Positions 29,371-38,257 of a stretch of 64,000 bases of DNA are shown piece after piece (position 1 is the first letter of the stretch; each line of letters opens with the position of its first letter). Source of the DNA: Patescibacteria group bacterium (GTDB taxonomy: Bacteria; Patescibacteriota; UBA1384; XYA2-FULL-43-10). The notes below the pieces were generated by a model. That model worked only from the letters and a program-made list of their open reading frames with translations. It made no database searches and had not been told where the DNA came from. The stretch covers positions 23,158 through 87,157 of the forward strand of contig JBAYVT010000002.1 in assembly GCA_041674405.1 (NCBI GenBank), given 5' to 3'. The position numbers and the translations under genes were made by a program.

Positions 29371-30369
29371 TTATTTTGAATTTGTTACCCGCTCCACCAT
29401 ATCCACAAGCCTCTCTGAGTATCCCCACTCGTTGTCATACCAGGCAATTATTTTAACAAGATCTCCACCGATCACGCATGTTAATGGTAGGTCGACTATC
29501 GATGAATATGGATTTTGTTTAAGGTCGCTTGATACCAGCGGCTCTTCTGAAACCTGAATTATTCCTTTGTGGCTGCCATCTGCAGCCTTTTTAAGTGCTT
29601 CATTAATATCATCGACTGAAACTTTTTTGGAAAGAACCGCAACGATATCAGAGAGCGAAACCACCGGGGATGGAACACGGATCGATAAGCCGTCAAATTT
29701 ATTCTTAAGCTTGGGTATTGTCAAAGTCGCTGCTATTGCCGCACCTGTCGTAGTCGGAACAATATTTTGGGCTGCAGCGCGAGCCCGGCGCAGGTCTTTA
29801 TGCGGACCGTCAACCAAATTTTGGTCAGCCGTATAGGAATGAATCGTTGTCATCATTGATTTTTCAACGCCAAATTCATCCTCAATCACCTTCATCACCG
29901 GCGCGATACAATTGGTTGTACAGGAAGCATTTGAGACAATACTCTCGTCATCGTATTTATCAGCATTAGCGCCGATCACGAAAGTCGGAACCGAATCATC
30001 CTTTGCCGGCGCGGACAAAACAACTTTTTTGGCGCCGGCTTCCAAATGGGCTTTTGCCAAATCATTAGTCAAAAATATACCGGTCGACTCGATGACAACA
30101 TCGATATCAAGTACTTTCCATGGCAAAGCTCCCGGATTTTTCTCCGAAAGGTAATGGATTTTCTTGTTATTGACGATAATCTCATTATCAGAAAAGCCAA
30201 CTTCCCGGTCGTAAATACCGTAGCATGTGTCGTATTTTAAAAGATGGGCTTGGGTTTCTGCCGGGCACAGGTCATTTAAAGCGACAAGCTCAACATTCGG
30301 CCGGTCCAAAATTATCTTCGCCGCCGCCCGGCCGATCCGTCCAAAGCCATTAATTGCTACTCGCAGCAT
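29371..30369 (-). CDS. gap: glyceraldehyde-3-phosphate dehydrogenase
   Basis: MLRVAINGFGRIGR and SNASCTTNCIAP. Start set at the internal Met so the gene does not overlap tpiA. Confidence 0.9.
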   Translation of the reverse strand: MLRVAINGFGRIGRAAAKIILDRPNVELVALNDLCPAETQAHLLKYDTCYGIYDREVGFSDNEIIVNNKKIHYLSEKNPGALPWKVLDIDVVIESTGIFLTNDLAKAHLEAGAKKVVLSAPAKDDSVPTFVIGANADKYDDESIVSNASCTTNCIAPVMKVIEDEFGVEKSMMTTIHSYTADQNLVDGPHKDLRRARAAAQNIVPTTTGAAIAATLTIPKLKNKFDGLSIRVPSPVVSLSDIVAVLSKKVSVDDINEALKKAADGSHKGIIQVSEEPLVSSDLKQNPYSSIVDLPLTCVIGGDLVKIIAWYDNEWGYSERLVDMVERVTNSK

Positions 30370-31132
30370 CCACCTCCTTCGGGATAACAACGTCACCTTT
30401 AAAACTTTTATTTGCTGCCCAAATGCGGCAGATTTCGACAAATACACTTGCTCTAAGGCTGGCACTGCCAACCAAGACTCCATCAATCAACGGCGATTTA
30501 GCAAAATTTAATATTTTTTCATGGTCTATGCTGCCACCATACAAAATTGGGCTTTCTCGGAATATCACTTCGCGAAGTTTGGCCACTGCTTTTTCTGCAT
30601 GTTCGACCGGTGCGGCATTGTGATTGCCAATTGCCCATACGGGCTCGTAAGCCACAACAATATCCTTGTATTTGTTTTTTGGAACATGAGTCAAGGCCTC
30701 TTCAAGCTGGTCGGCAGCATCGGACAGGGGGGCGCTTTTCGTTTTCTCGCCAACACAAATGATTGGAGACAATCCGTGTTTTAAGGCTGCTAACACTTTT
30801 TCATTAACATCAAAATCTGTCTCGCCAAAATGAGCCCGGCGTTCCGAATGTCCGACAATTACGTATTTGCAAACATCGCGAATCATAATCGGCGAGATTT
30901 CACCGGTGTAAGGACCCTCATCTTCATAAAACATATTTTGGGCCCCTAGGTTAACCTTTCCGTCTCTTTTCAAAATTTCTGATAGTTCAGAAAGCCAGAT
31001 CACTGGCGGGCAGACCACGACCTCGACTCCATCAAGACTGGCAACAGAGTTTCTGATTGAGGTCGCTAAAATATACGCATCAGATGCCCGCGTATACATC
31101 TTCCAGTTCGCAACAACCATCGGCCGTCTCAT
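30350..31132 (-). CDS. tpiA: triosephosphate isomerase
   Basis: VVANWKM and AYEPVWAIG motifs. Confidence 0.9.
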   Translation of the reverse strand: MRRPMVVANWKMYTRASDAYILATSIRNSVASLDGVEVVVCPPVIWLSELSEILKRDGKVNLGAQNMFYEDEGPYTGEISPIMIRDVCKYVIVGHSERRAHFGETDFDVNEKVLAALKHGLSPIICVGEKTKSAPLSDAADQLEEALTHVPKNKYKDIVVAYEPVWAIGNHNAAPVEHAEKAVAKLREVIFRESPILYGGSIDHEKILNFAKSPLIDGVLVGSASLRASVFVEICRIWAANKSFKGDVVIPKEVDAASSN

Positions 31133-31151
31133 ATTCCCTCGCTTTAAGAAC

Positions 31152-32180
31152 TTATTTCACTCTTACATTATTATATAGCTTAATAATCATCTTTGCCAAT
31201 TTAGTATTATCGTGGTACAAAGGCTTTTTTTCATCAACCAAATCCGCTCTAGAGATTTTCACTCCAGATATTTTCTCGTTTTCTGTTGTGATATTATAGA
31301 CTTCACCAAGTTTTGATGATTGTTTTGACTTCTTTATTACATGGCTATTTACTAAGCAATAATCAAAAATTTTGCCTGGGGCATGTTTTTTTATTGCTGC
31401 AATGTGATCAGAGACAGAGTAATTTTCTGTCTCTCCTCTCTCGGTTGAAATGTTTGCAATATATATTTTCAGCGCTATTTTGTTAGATAATATGGCTTTT
31501 TTAATTCCAGGTATCAACAGGTTTGGAATTACACTAGTATACAAACTCCCTGGTCCCAAAAGGATCAAATCTGCCTCATTAATCGCCTGGACCGCTTTTT
31601 CATACGCCCTCACTTTGTCTTTATTTAAAAAGACAATATTAATTTTTTTTCCAGCTTGTGGAATCTTATCTTCCCCCAAAATTTTTTTTCCGCCAGCATA
31701 CACAGCACCAATTTTAATATTATCCAGTGTGGCTGGTAAAATTTTTCCCGCCGTGCGAAAAATCGTGGAGGTTGCCTCTATTGCCTGTTCGAATGATCCT
31801 AGATGCTTAGTTAGGGCTGCAATCCAAATATTTCCAAGCGTATGGTTTGATAAGGATTTATTTTTCCCAGGAAATCGATATTCCAATATTTTGGATAATA
31901 TTTCTCCATCTTCCGCCAACGCTGAAATACATTTACGGATATCTCCTGGTGGCAAAATATCAAATTCTTTCCTGATTACTCCCGTGGAAGAGCCGTCATC
32001 AGTCACAGCCACAATTGCTGAAATGTTATTAGAATATTTTTTAAGCCCGGATAATAAAACGGATAAACCCGTGCCACCACCGATTGCGGCAATTTTAATA
32101 TCACTTCCAGCAAGAAGACGAGGGTCGTTAGGCTCGTAAACGAGATTTCTCCACCATGTTTTGAAAAAGCTTTCTCTCAT
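31152..32180 (-). CDS. YvcK/CofD-like (UPF0052, gluconeogenesis factor) family protein
   Basis: KIAAIGGGTGLSVLLSGLK...VTDDGSSTG. Confidence 0.65.
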   Translation of the reverse strand: MRESFFKTWWRNLVYEPNDPRLLAGSDIKIAAIGGGTGLSVLLSGLKKYSNNISAIVAVTDDGSSTGVIRKEFDILPPGDIRKCISALAEDGEILSKILEYRFPGKNKSLSNHTLGNIWIAALTKHLGSFEQAIEATSTIFRTAGKILPATLDNIKIGAVYAGGKKILGEDKIPQAGKKINIVFLNKDKVRAYEKAVQAINEADLILLGPGSLYTSVIPNLLIPGIKKAILSNKIALKIYIANISTERGETENYSVSDHIAAIKKHAPGKIFDYCLVNSHVIKKSKQSSKLGEVYNITTENEKISGVKISRADLVDEKKPLYHDNTKLAKMIIKLYNNVRVK

Positions 32181-33439
32181 TTTATCATCCCTTTAGCATG
32201 TAAGTCTCGATAATAAGAAATTGCAAATCTGTGTGCCTCATCACGCAATGCAACAATGTTGTTTTTGATTCCGGGGGTCTTTTCGATATAGCTTTTTACA
32301 TCATGATTCTGAAAGTGTAGCTCGTCTTTGTCACGCTTTGGCCCCTTTGAAATTGAAATAATCGGGGCATGCAAACCTGATTCCGTAAGGACTTTCAGTG
32401 CAGCCTTAAGATGTGTTTCCCCGCCATCAATCACTACCAAATCAGGATCACCCCATTTGTTATTCATTCTGCGCCGTAGAATTTCTGCCATCATCGCGAT
32501 GTCGTTAGCACCATTCACATTTTTGATTTTAAATTTTCGATATTCTTCCGGCGCTTTTTTACCAGAGATAAATACACTCATCGCGCCGACCGCATAGCTG
32601 CCAGAAATATTGGAAATATCGAAACATTCCATTCTTTTGAAATATACTTTGGTGCTATCAAACACATCATCCCGAATTCCCAGCGCCACATCTCGTAAAT
32701 GGTCAAGGGCAGCAACCTGATTTCGTGTTAACGCTGCAACCTCATATCGCTTCTGCCGACTCAATTCTTTCATTTCTTTGTAAAGGGCTTGCTCAACCTC
32801 GGCTTTCTTCCCACGGAGAAAATTTTTAAGATATGTGATGTTTTTGTTATATTGTTTTTTATCTACCCAATCGGCGCAGGGCGCAGTGCAAACACGAATG
32901 TCACCATATATACAAGCACGGCATTTCTTGGCCTGCAGATTATATTTCGTTTTTGAACAATCGCGATAAGGAAAGATTTTCCTCAAATATCGCAATGATT
33001 TTTTAAGTTCCATTCCATTTGGATAGGGGCCAAATAATCTGCCCGCTTTTTTCTCGCGAGCAAACTCTTCGTGCGGTATATCTTTAATTCTTCTCAATCC
33101 AACGCATGGAAATTCTTCTTTTGTGAAATGAATTACAAAAAACGATTTATCATCCTTGAACTGAATATTATATCTTGGCTTAATTTTTTTAATCAGCTCG
33201 GCTTCAAGAATTACCGCCTCAATCTCACTTTCGGTTTCTTTGAAAATTATTTTTCTTGCGTTTGAAACCATTAGATCAATTGACGGACCACGGCCAATCT
33301 CTTTTAAAAAATATGATTTTATCCTACTTTTTAAATTTTTGGCTTTGCCCACATACAAAATATCCCCGTCGGCATTCTGAAACTGATATACCCCCGGGGA
33401 TTTTGGCGCGTAAATTATATAATCCTGTAAACTCTTCAT
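32177..33439 (-). CDS. uvrC: UvrC-like excinuclease (GIY-YIG plus endonuclease domain; no C-terminal (HhH)2)
   Basis: GIY-YIG: SPGVYQF...ILYVGKAKNLKSR. Cys cluster. VIDGGETHL. 420 aa, against about 600 for a canonical UvrC. Confidence 0.55.
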   Translation of the reverse strand: MKSLQDYIIYAPKSPGVYQFQNADGDILYVGKAKNLKSRIKSYFLKEIGRGPSIDLMVSNARKIIFKETESEIEAVILEAELIKKIKPRYNIQFKDDKSFFVIHFTKEEFPCVGLRRIKDIPHEEFAREKKAGRLFGPYPNGMELKKSLRYLRKIFPYRDCSKTKYNLQAKKCRACIYGDIRVCTAPCADWVDKKQYNKNITYLKNFLRGKKAEVEQALYKEMKELSRQKRYEVAALTRNQVAALDHLRDVALGIRDDVFDSTKVYFKRMECFDISNISGSYAVGAMSVFISGKKAPEEYRKFKIKNVNGANDIAMMAEILRRRMNNKWGDPDLVVIDGGETHLKAALKVLTESGLHAPIISISKGPKRDKDELHFQNHDVKSYIEKTPGIKNNIVALRDEAHRFAISYYRDLHAKGMIK

Positions 33440-34674
33440 TTCAATTGCTTAATATATTTCACAACCTCATCTATTTTTATAATTTTCTTTTCTGTTTTTT
33501 TGCGATTTGCTATCTCAACTCCACCGGATTTGAAAGATCGCTCAGAAACAACAATGGTTATCGGACAACCAATCAGATCTGCGTCGGCAAACTTTTCGCC
33601 GGCAGTGATTTCTTCTCTATCGTCATACAACACTTCAATTCCAGCGTCAAGAAGCTCCTTGTAAATCTTCTCTGTTTCCTCATTTTTGTTTAAAGAGATT
33701 AAATTGACACTGAATGGCGCAATGTTTTTCGGCCAGATGATCCCATAATCATCGTGAAATAATTCTACAGCCGTGCCCAAAAGGCGTGTTAGACCAATGC
33801 CGTAACAACCCATTATCATTGCCACTTCTTTACCCTCAGAGTTCAGAACTTTAGCATTCATTTGGGATGAATATTTATTTGAAAGAGGAAAAATATTACC
33901 AACTTCAATTGAATTGGCCATAACAATTTTACCATCGCATTTCGGGCATTTATCACCCTCAGATACTTTCGCAATTTCTCTGTTTTGGGCAAAATCACAC
34001 TTGTTGCAATAAAAGATTGTATCTTCACCGGAAGTCGCCAAAGCTTGAAATTCATGCGAAAATTCTGAGAATACTCCACCGCTAGCCTCGACCAATTTGG
34101 TCTCAATTCCACATCGGGAAAAAGCTCTAAAATACGCTTTGATCACTTCTTGATAGTACTTTTCAAAATCTGCTTCATCAATATGAAAGCTATACATATC
34201 TTTCATAATAAATTCTCGCCCACGAAGGAGACCTGACTTAGCTCTCGGCTCATTCCTGAACTTGGTTTGTATTTGATAAAGAGATATTGGCAAATCTTTG
34301 TATGAAGAAATATGATGCCTCACAATGTCGATGATCTGTTCTTCATGAGTTGCGCCAAGACCGATCTCCTTATTTCTTGAGTCCTTAAACTGATACATCA
34401 CTTCAGACATCTTACTCCAGCGACCAGTTTCTTCCCATAATTCTCTTGGCTGAAGCACATTCATTAGAAGCTCTTGTCCCTCAACCTTATTCATTTCATC
34501 TCGAATAATATTTTCAATTTTAGAATAAACACTGAAACCAAGCGGAAGAAGTGCATACGCCCCCGCCATGTGTTTTTCAACAAAACCACCGCGAGCTAAA
34601 AGAGAGGCATTTATCGAATCAGAATCAGCCGGAGTTTCCTTATAAGTTTTGATAAGGCTTTTAGATCTTTTCAT
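33436..34674 (-). CDS. proS: prolyl-tRNA synthetase (class IIa) with a CxxC...CxxC insertion
   Basis: LLARGGFVEK...GAYALLPLG...QPRELWEETGRW. C-terminal anticodon-binding domain. CNKCD...CPKCDGK insert. Confidence 0.7.
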   Translation of the reverse strand: MKRSKSLIKTYKETPADSDSINASLLARGGFVEKHMAGAYALLPLGFSVYSKIENIIRDEMNKVEGQELLMNVLQPRELWEETGRWSKMSEVMYQFKDSRNKEIGLGATHEEQIIDIVRHHISSYKDLPISLYQIQTKFRNEPRAKSGLLRGREFIMKDMYSFHIDEADFEKYYQEVIKAYFRAFSRCGIETKLVEASGGVFSEFSHEFQALATSGEDTIFYCNKCDFAQNREIAKVSEGDKCPKCDGKIVMANSIEVGNIFPLSNKYSSQMNAKVLNSEGKEVAMIMGCYGIGLTRLLGTAVELFHDDYGIIWPKNIAPFSVNLISLNKNEETEKIYKELLDAGIEVLYDDREEITAGEKFADADLIGCPITIVVSERSFKSGGVEIANRKKTEKKIIKIDEVVKYIKQLK

Positions 34675-34680
34675 TCCCCG

Positions 34681-35769
34681 CTACTTTCTTATTAAATGTA
34701 TTATATCACCATACGTGATCAATGCGATTAGAAGAAGCAAAAACACAAAGCCAACCGAGTGAATAATGTTTTCGACATACTCGCGAATTAATCTCCGACG
34801 AGCAACCATTTCAATTAAAATAAAAAGTATTCTGCCCCCATCAAGTGCAGGTATGGGCAAGATGTTCAAAATTGCCAGATTAATAGAAAGCAATGCAACA
34901 AATTGAAGAAGGGCAAGGATTCCCATTCTTACAAACAAACCGGTATAAGTATAAATTGCGACAGGGCCACCAACTCCTTCGCCAGCTTGTCCTGTAGTAA
35001 ATAAATTATGCAAGTAATTTCCCAAAAACTCAAACGTAAAAATACCGATACGATATTCTTCGCGAGCCGCAACCCAGGGAGCATCATACAGCGGTACTCT
35101 GATTATGCTTCTCTCAATCAGTCCAACTCCCAAAGGTGCATCGGAAGATCCGGACAGAGAAACCTCTTGTTTATTTATCGCCCCATCTCTTTCGTATACT
35201 ACAGTAACCTTTTGGCCATAATAAGCTTGAGTAAAATTGGTTAGATCTGAGAAACTTCCCACATTTTGAGTGGTGTTGCTAGAATCAATTTCTTTAATTA
35301 TATCCCCGGCAGCCAAACCAGCAGACTTAGCTGGAGAATTATTTTCGAAATCGGCAATGATTATTTGATTAGATAGTCTTTTGCCAGGGACTTGATCCGA
35401 AGGAGAGATAACGGGAGACATGCCCACAGAAAAACCGACAACCAAAAGAACCCATGCCAGTACAATATTCATCAATATTCCAGCAAGAGAGATAATTAAC
35501 CTTTTATAAGCCGGTTGATTTTCCAGTGCGCGCTTGCTTTTACTCTCCTCCAACTCACCGAGCATTTTTACATAACCGCCGAGAAAAAAGAAGGTATTTA
35601 TAGTATATGTCGTCTCGCCCTTCTTTATCGAAAAAAGTCTCGGTGGAAAACCAAAAGCAAATTCTTCAACTTTCACTCCGGCTTTTTTTGCAGCGATAAA
35701 ATGCCCGAATTCATGTGACAGAACAAGAAGCGCCAGAATTATAATAAATGTTACAATGGTCAATATCAT
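34681..35769 (-). CDS. rseP: RIP zinc metalloprotease (S2P) RseP
   Basis: HEFGHFIAAK HExxH. PDZ domain. LDGG motif. Confidence 0.8.
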   Translation of the reverse strand: MILTIVTFIIILALLVLSHEFGHFIAAKKAGVKVEEFAFGFPPRLFSIKKGETTYTINTFFFLGGYVKMLGELEESKSKRALENQPAYKRLIISLAGILMNIVLAWVLLVVGFSVGMSPVISPSDQVPGKRLSNQIIIADFENNSPAKSAGLAAGDIIKEIDSSNTTQNVGSFSDLTNFTQAYYGQKVTVVYERDGAINKQEVSLSGSSDAPLGVGLIERSIIRVPLYDAPWVAAREEYRIGIFTFEFLGNYLHNLFTTGQAGEGVGGPVAIYTYTGLFVRMGILALLQFVALLSINLAILNILPIPALDGGRILFILIEMVARRRLIREYVENIIHSVGFVFLLLLIALITYGDIIHLIRK

Positions 35770-35773
35770 CTAA

Positions 35774-36331
35774 TTAGATCTTCATTACTTCAGATTCTTT
35801 TTCAGTGATCATTAAATCAACTTCTTTATTTTTCCGCTCTATTAGCTCATTCAGATCTTTTTCTGCTTGATATTTATCATCCTCAGTCGCTTCATTATTT
35901 TTAATAAGGCCCTGAACACGCGACCAAGCATCGCCACGAATTGTGCGAAGTGACACCTTGGCTTCTTCTCCGGTTTTTTTAACCTGTTTGGAAAGTTCGA
36001 TTCTGCGTTCTTCTGTAATTGGTGGCAAACTCAAGCGGACAAACGTTCCATCGTTTACTGGAGTTAGGCCAAGGTCTGCATTTCTGATTGCGGTTTCAAT
36101 ATCTCCAAGAGAATTTCGATCAAAGGGTTTGATTTGAATTAGGCTTGCTTCAGGAACAGAAATGCTAGCCAACTCTTTGAGCGAAGTATTCATGCCATAA
36201 TACGAAACTAGAATATCTTCAACCAACGAACCTTGCGCTCGGCCCGTGCGAATTTTTGTAAGATCGGATTTCAGGTTTACGATAGATGCTGACATTTTTA
36301 CATCGGCATCTTTCAAAATATCTGCAATCAT
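35774..36331 (-). CDS. frr: ribosome recycling factor
   Basis: 185 aa with typical RRF N- and C-terminal motifs. Confidence 0.9.
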   Translation of the reverse strand: MIADILKDADVKMSASIVNLKSDLTKIRTGRAQGSLVEDILVSYYGMNTSLKELASISVPEASLIQIKPFDRNSLGDIETAIRNADLGLTPVNDGTFVRLSLPPITEERRIELSKQVKKTGEEAKVSLRTIRGDAWSRVQGLIKNNEATEDDKYQAEKDLNELIERKNKEVDLMITEKESEVMKI

Positions 36332-36366
36332 CAGCCTCCTTATTAATTCAATAAAATTTTATCACT

Positions 36367-36960
36367 TTAGTTGCCGAGTTCATAGCGGGTAAATCGTGAG
36401 ATAACTATATTTTCTCCGATTTTGGCAATCAAATCATTGAGAAGATTTCCAATTGTTTTGTCCGGATCTTTAATAAATGGCTGAGACAAAAGGCAAATCT
36501 CTTCGAAATACTTTCCCATTTTACCATCAACAATTTTGGCCGCTATTTCTTCCGGTTTACCAGAGGCTTTTACTTCTTCCATGAAAATCGCTTTTTCTCT
36601 GTCAGCTTCTTCGGCTGGGACTGCATCGGAATTTACATATTTTGGATTCATTGCCGCGATATGAAGAGCAACATCATGAACGAATGTTTTAAATTCATCG
36701 TTTCTAGCGACAAAATCAGTTTCTGTGAGAACCTCAAGGATCACCCCGATTTTTGCATCATGGCAGTAGCACTCAATAATCCCCGATTTTGTTTCGCGTT
36801 CTGCTTTTTTAGCTGCCTTTGACATTCCTTTTTTGCGCAATATCTCGATTGCCAAATCCTCATCCCCACCAGCTTCAATAAGAGCTGATTTAACTTCCAT
36901 CATTGGAAGACCAGTTTTGGCTCTGAGTTCTGCAATTTCTTTAGCTGTAATATTTGCCAT
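36367..36960 (-). CDS. tsf: elongation factor Ts (short form)
   Basis: N-terminal UBA-like ITAKEIAELRAKTGLPMMEVKSALIEAGGD. Confidence 0.85.
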   Translation of the reverse strand: MANITAKEIAELRAKTGLPMMEVKSALIEAGGDEDLAIEILRKKGMSKAAKKAERETKSGIIECYCHDAKIGVILEVLTETDFVARNDEFKTFVHDVALHIAAMNPKYVNSDAVPAEEADREKAIFMEEVKASGKPEEIAAKIVDGKMGKYFEEICLLSQPFIKDPDKTIGNLLNDLIAKIGENIVISRFTRYELGN

Positions 36961-36974
36961 GTTCCTCCAAAAAA

Positions 36975-37679
36975 TTAATTTTTATCGTTAGCCACCGCCC
37001 CTTTGTTTTCTTTGATCGTTTTTGCAAATAAATTTACAAATAGGGCAATGGATTTTGTGGCATCGTCGTTAGCTGGAATAGGATAGTCGACTAGATTCGG
37101 ATCAGCATTGGTATCTACTATACCAATTGTCGTAACCCCAGATTGAGTTGCTTCTTTTATGGCATTTTTTTCATCATGAACCCCAACCAGGATGATTACG
37201 TCAGGCTGTTTGGAAAGGCCGACAAGTCCTCCGACCAATCTCTCGCCTTTTTCAATTTCTTTTGTAAGTTTTACTTTGTCGCGTTTTTTCATCTCTGCAA
37301 ATTCTGGGCTCGATACGATCAATCTGGCTCTTTCCAATTTCTTGAAAGCTTTCTGAACTGTGTTGAAATTTGTTAACATTCCACCCAGCCAACGAGAAAC
37401 AATGTAAGGCATACCACAATCCTGAGCGCCTTTTTTGACAATCTCTTGGGCCTGTTTTTTGGTACCAACAAATAGGACCGTTTTCCCTTCTTTGGCCGCT
37501 TCAGCTAAAAAATTCATCGCGTCGGAAAGCTGTGATTGCGTTTTTTCCAGATCAATAACATGGACACCAGATTTGGCGCCAAAAATAAATTTGTCCATTT
37601 TGGGGTGCCAACGACTGGTTTTGTGCCCAAAATGAACGCCTGCTTCGAGCATCTCTCGAAGTGTTGGTGTGGTAACCAT
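36975..37679 (-). CDS. rpsB: 30S ribosomal protein S2
   Basis: 234 aa. VHFGHKTSRWHPKM. Confidence 0.9.
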   Translation of the reverse strand: MVTTPTLREMLEAGVHFGHKTSRWHPKMDKFIFGAKSGVHVIDLEKTQSQLSDAMNFLAEAAKEGKTVLFVGTKKQAQEIVKKGAQDCGMPYIVSRWLGGMLTNFNTVQKAFKKLERARLIVSSPEFAEMKKRDKVKLTKEIEKGERLVGGLVGLSKQPDVIILVGVHDEKNAIKEATQSGVTTIGIVDTNADPNLVDYPIPANDDATKSIALFVNLFAKTIKENKGAVANDKN

Positions 37680-37810
37680 AAACGATTCTCCTTTTTAACC
37701 TCCGCCTTACGATTTACCTCGGCCCGAAGATTTCGGGACGGGCAAAGGATTTTTTAATCTCGGCTCGCCCAAAGGACGAGACGGATGAGAAAGGCGTGTG
37801 AATTTATTAA
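37680..37810 (-). promoter_or_regulatory. structured 5' leader of rpsB (hairpin cccgaa-atc-ttcggg and flanking GC pairings), a possible S2 autoregulatory element
   Basis: A GC-rich structured stretch seen between the putative promoter (TTGAAA...TATGATAAT, minus strand, about 37815-37856) and the AAAGGAGA SD. Confidence 0.3.
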
Positions 37811-37877
37811 CAATTAATTACTTTTAAGACATTATCATATTTTTTGGATAATTTCAATATTTAACCCGAACAATCCC

Positions 37878-37906
37878 TTGACATAATTTAAAAATATTGT
37901 TAAAGT
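37878..37906 (+). promoter_or_regulatory. sigma70-like promoter TTGACA-17-TAAAGT driving the ncRNA-tRNA unit
   Basis: Seen in sequence. Confidence 0.4.
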
Positions 37907-37913
37907 CGTTTTT

Positions 37914-38094
37914 GTCGGTTTCGCGGGAGATCGAAACCTGACGGGGCGAGGGTTCAAGGAGTCCGCTCCAGTCTCCCGCCTAATGGTGGCGAAGCGAAAG
38001 CTTATTGCCGAGAGGCAATCGCAAGTAACCAATCTTGCCGCCATCCCAAACATTAAACCGCCCATGGGCGGTTAAGCTTGCCTCTTTGGAGGCA
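37914..38094 (+). ncRNA. unassigned GC-rich structured RNA (~180 nt) co-transcribed with tRNA-Ile
   Basis: Multiple perfect hairpins: ggtttcg/cgaaacc, ggag-tccg-ctcc, attgcc-gaga-ggcaat, ccgccca/tgggcgg, tgcctc-tttg-gaggca. The only track ORF here (76 aa, minus strand) is implausible. Confidence 0.35.
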
Positions 38095-38171
38095 GGGTAC
38101 GTAGCTCAGTTGGATAGAGCGTCTCCCTGATAAGGAGAAGGCCGGGGGTTCAATCCCCTCCGTACCCACCA
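38095..38171 (+). tRNA. tRNA-Ile (anticodon GAU), CCA encoded
   Basis: Acceptor stem GGGTACG/CGTACCC. D-arm GCTCAGTTGGATAGAGC. Anticodon loop CTGATAA. T-arm GGGGGTTCAATCCCCTC. Discriminator A followed by CCA. Confidence 0.85.
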
Positions 38172-38176
38172 CCCTT

Positions 38177-38216
38177 CCCTCTCTGCGCCTCGCGCAGAGA
38201 GGGTTTCCCGTTTTTA
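38177..38216 (+). terminator. intrinsic terminator ccctctctgcg-loop-cgcagagaggg followed by tttcccgttttt
   Basis: Seen in sequence. Confidence 0.7.
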
Positions 38217-38257
38217 GGCTTGATTTTAAGTCAATATTCTGTTAATATAATTTCGTT

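Noticed and set aside
37835-38065. 76-aa minus-strand ORF overlapping the structured RNA and abutting the tRNA
   Set aside because: It lies antisense to a GC-rich hairpin-dense region with its own promoter. It has no SD and an implausible composition, so I regard it as an artefact of GC-rich non-coding sequence.
37914-38094. Assignment of the structured RNA as tmRNA, SRP RNA or canonical RNase P RNA
   Set aside because: It has no tRNA-like 3' CCA domain or tag-peptide frame ending in LAA. It has no GGAAGCAGCC SRP helix-8 motif. It is about 150 nt too short for a bacterial RNase P RNA despite a faint CR-I/CR-V-like resemblance.
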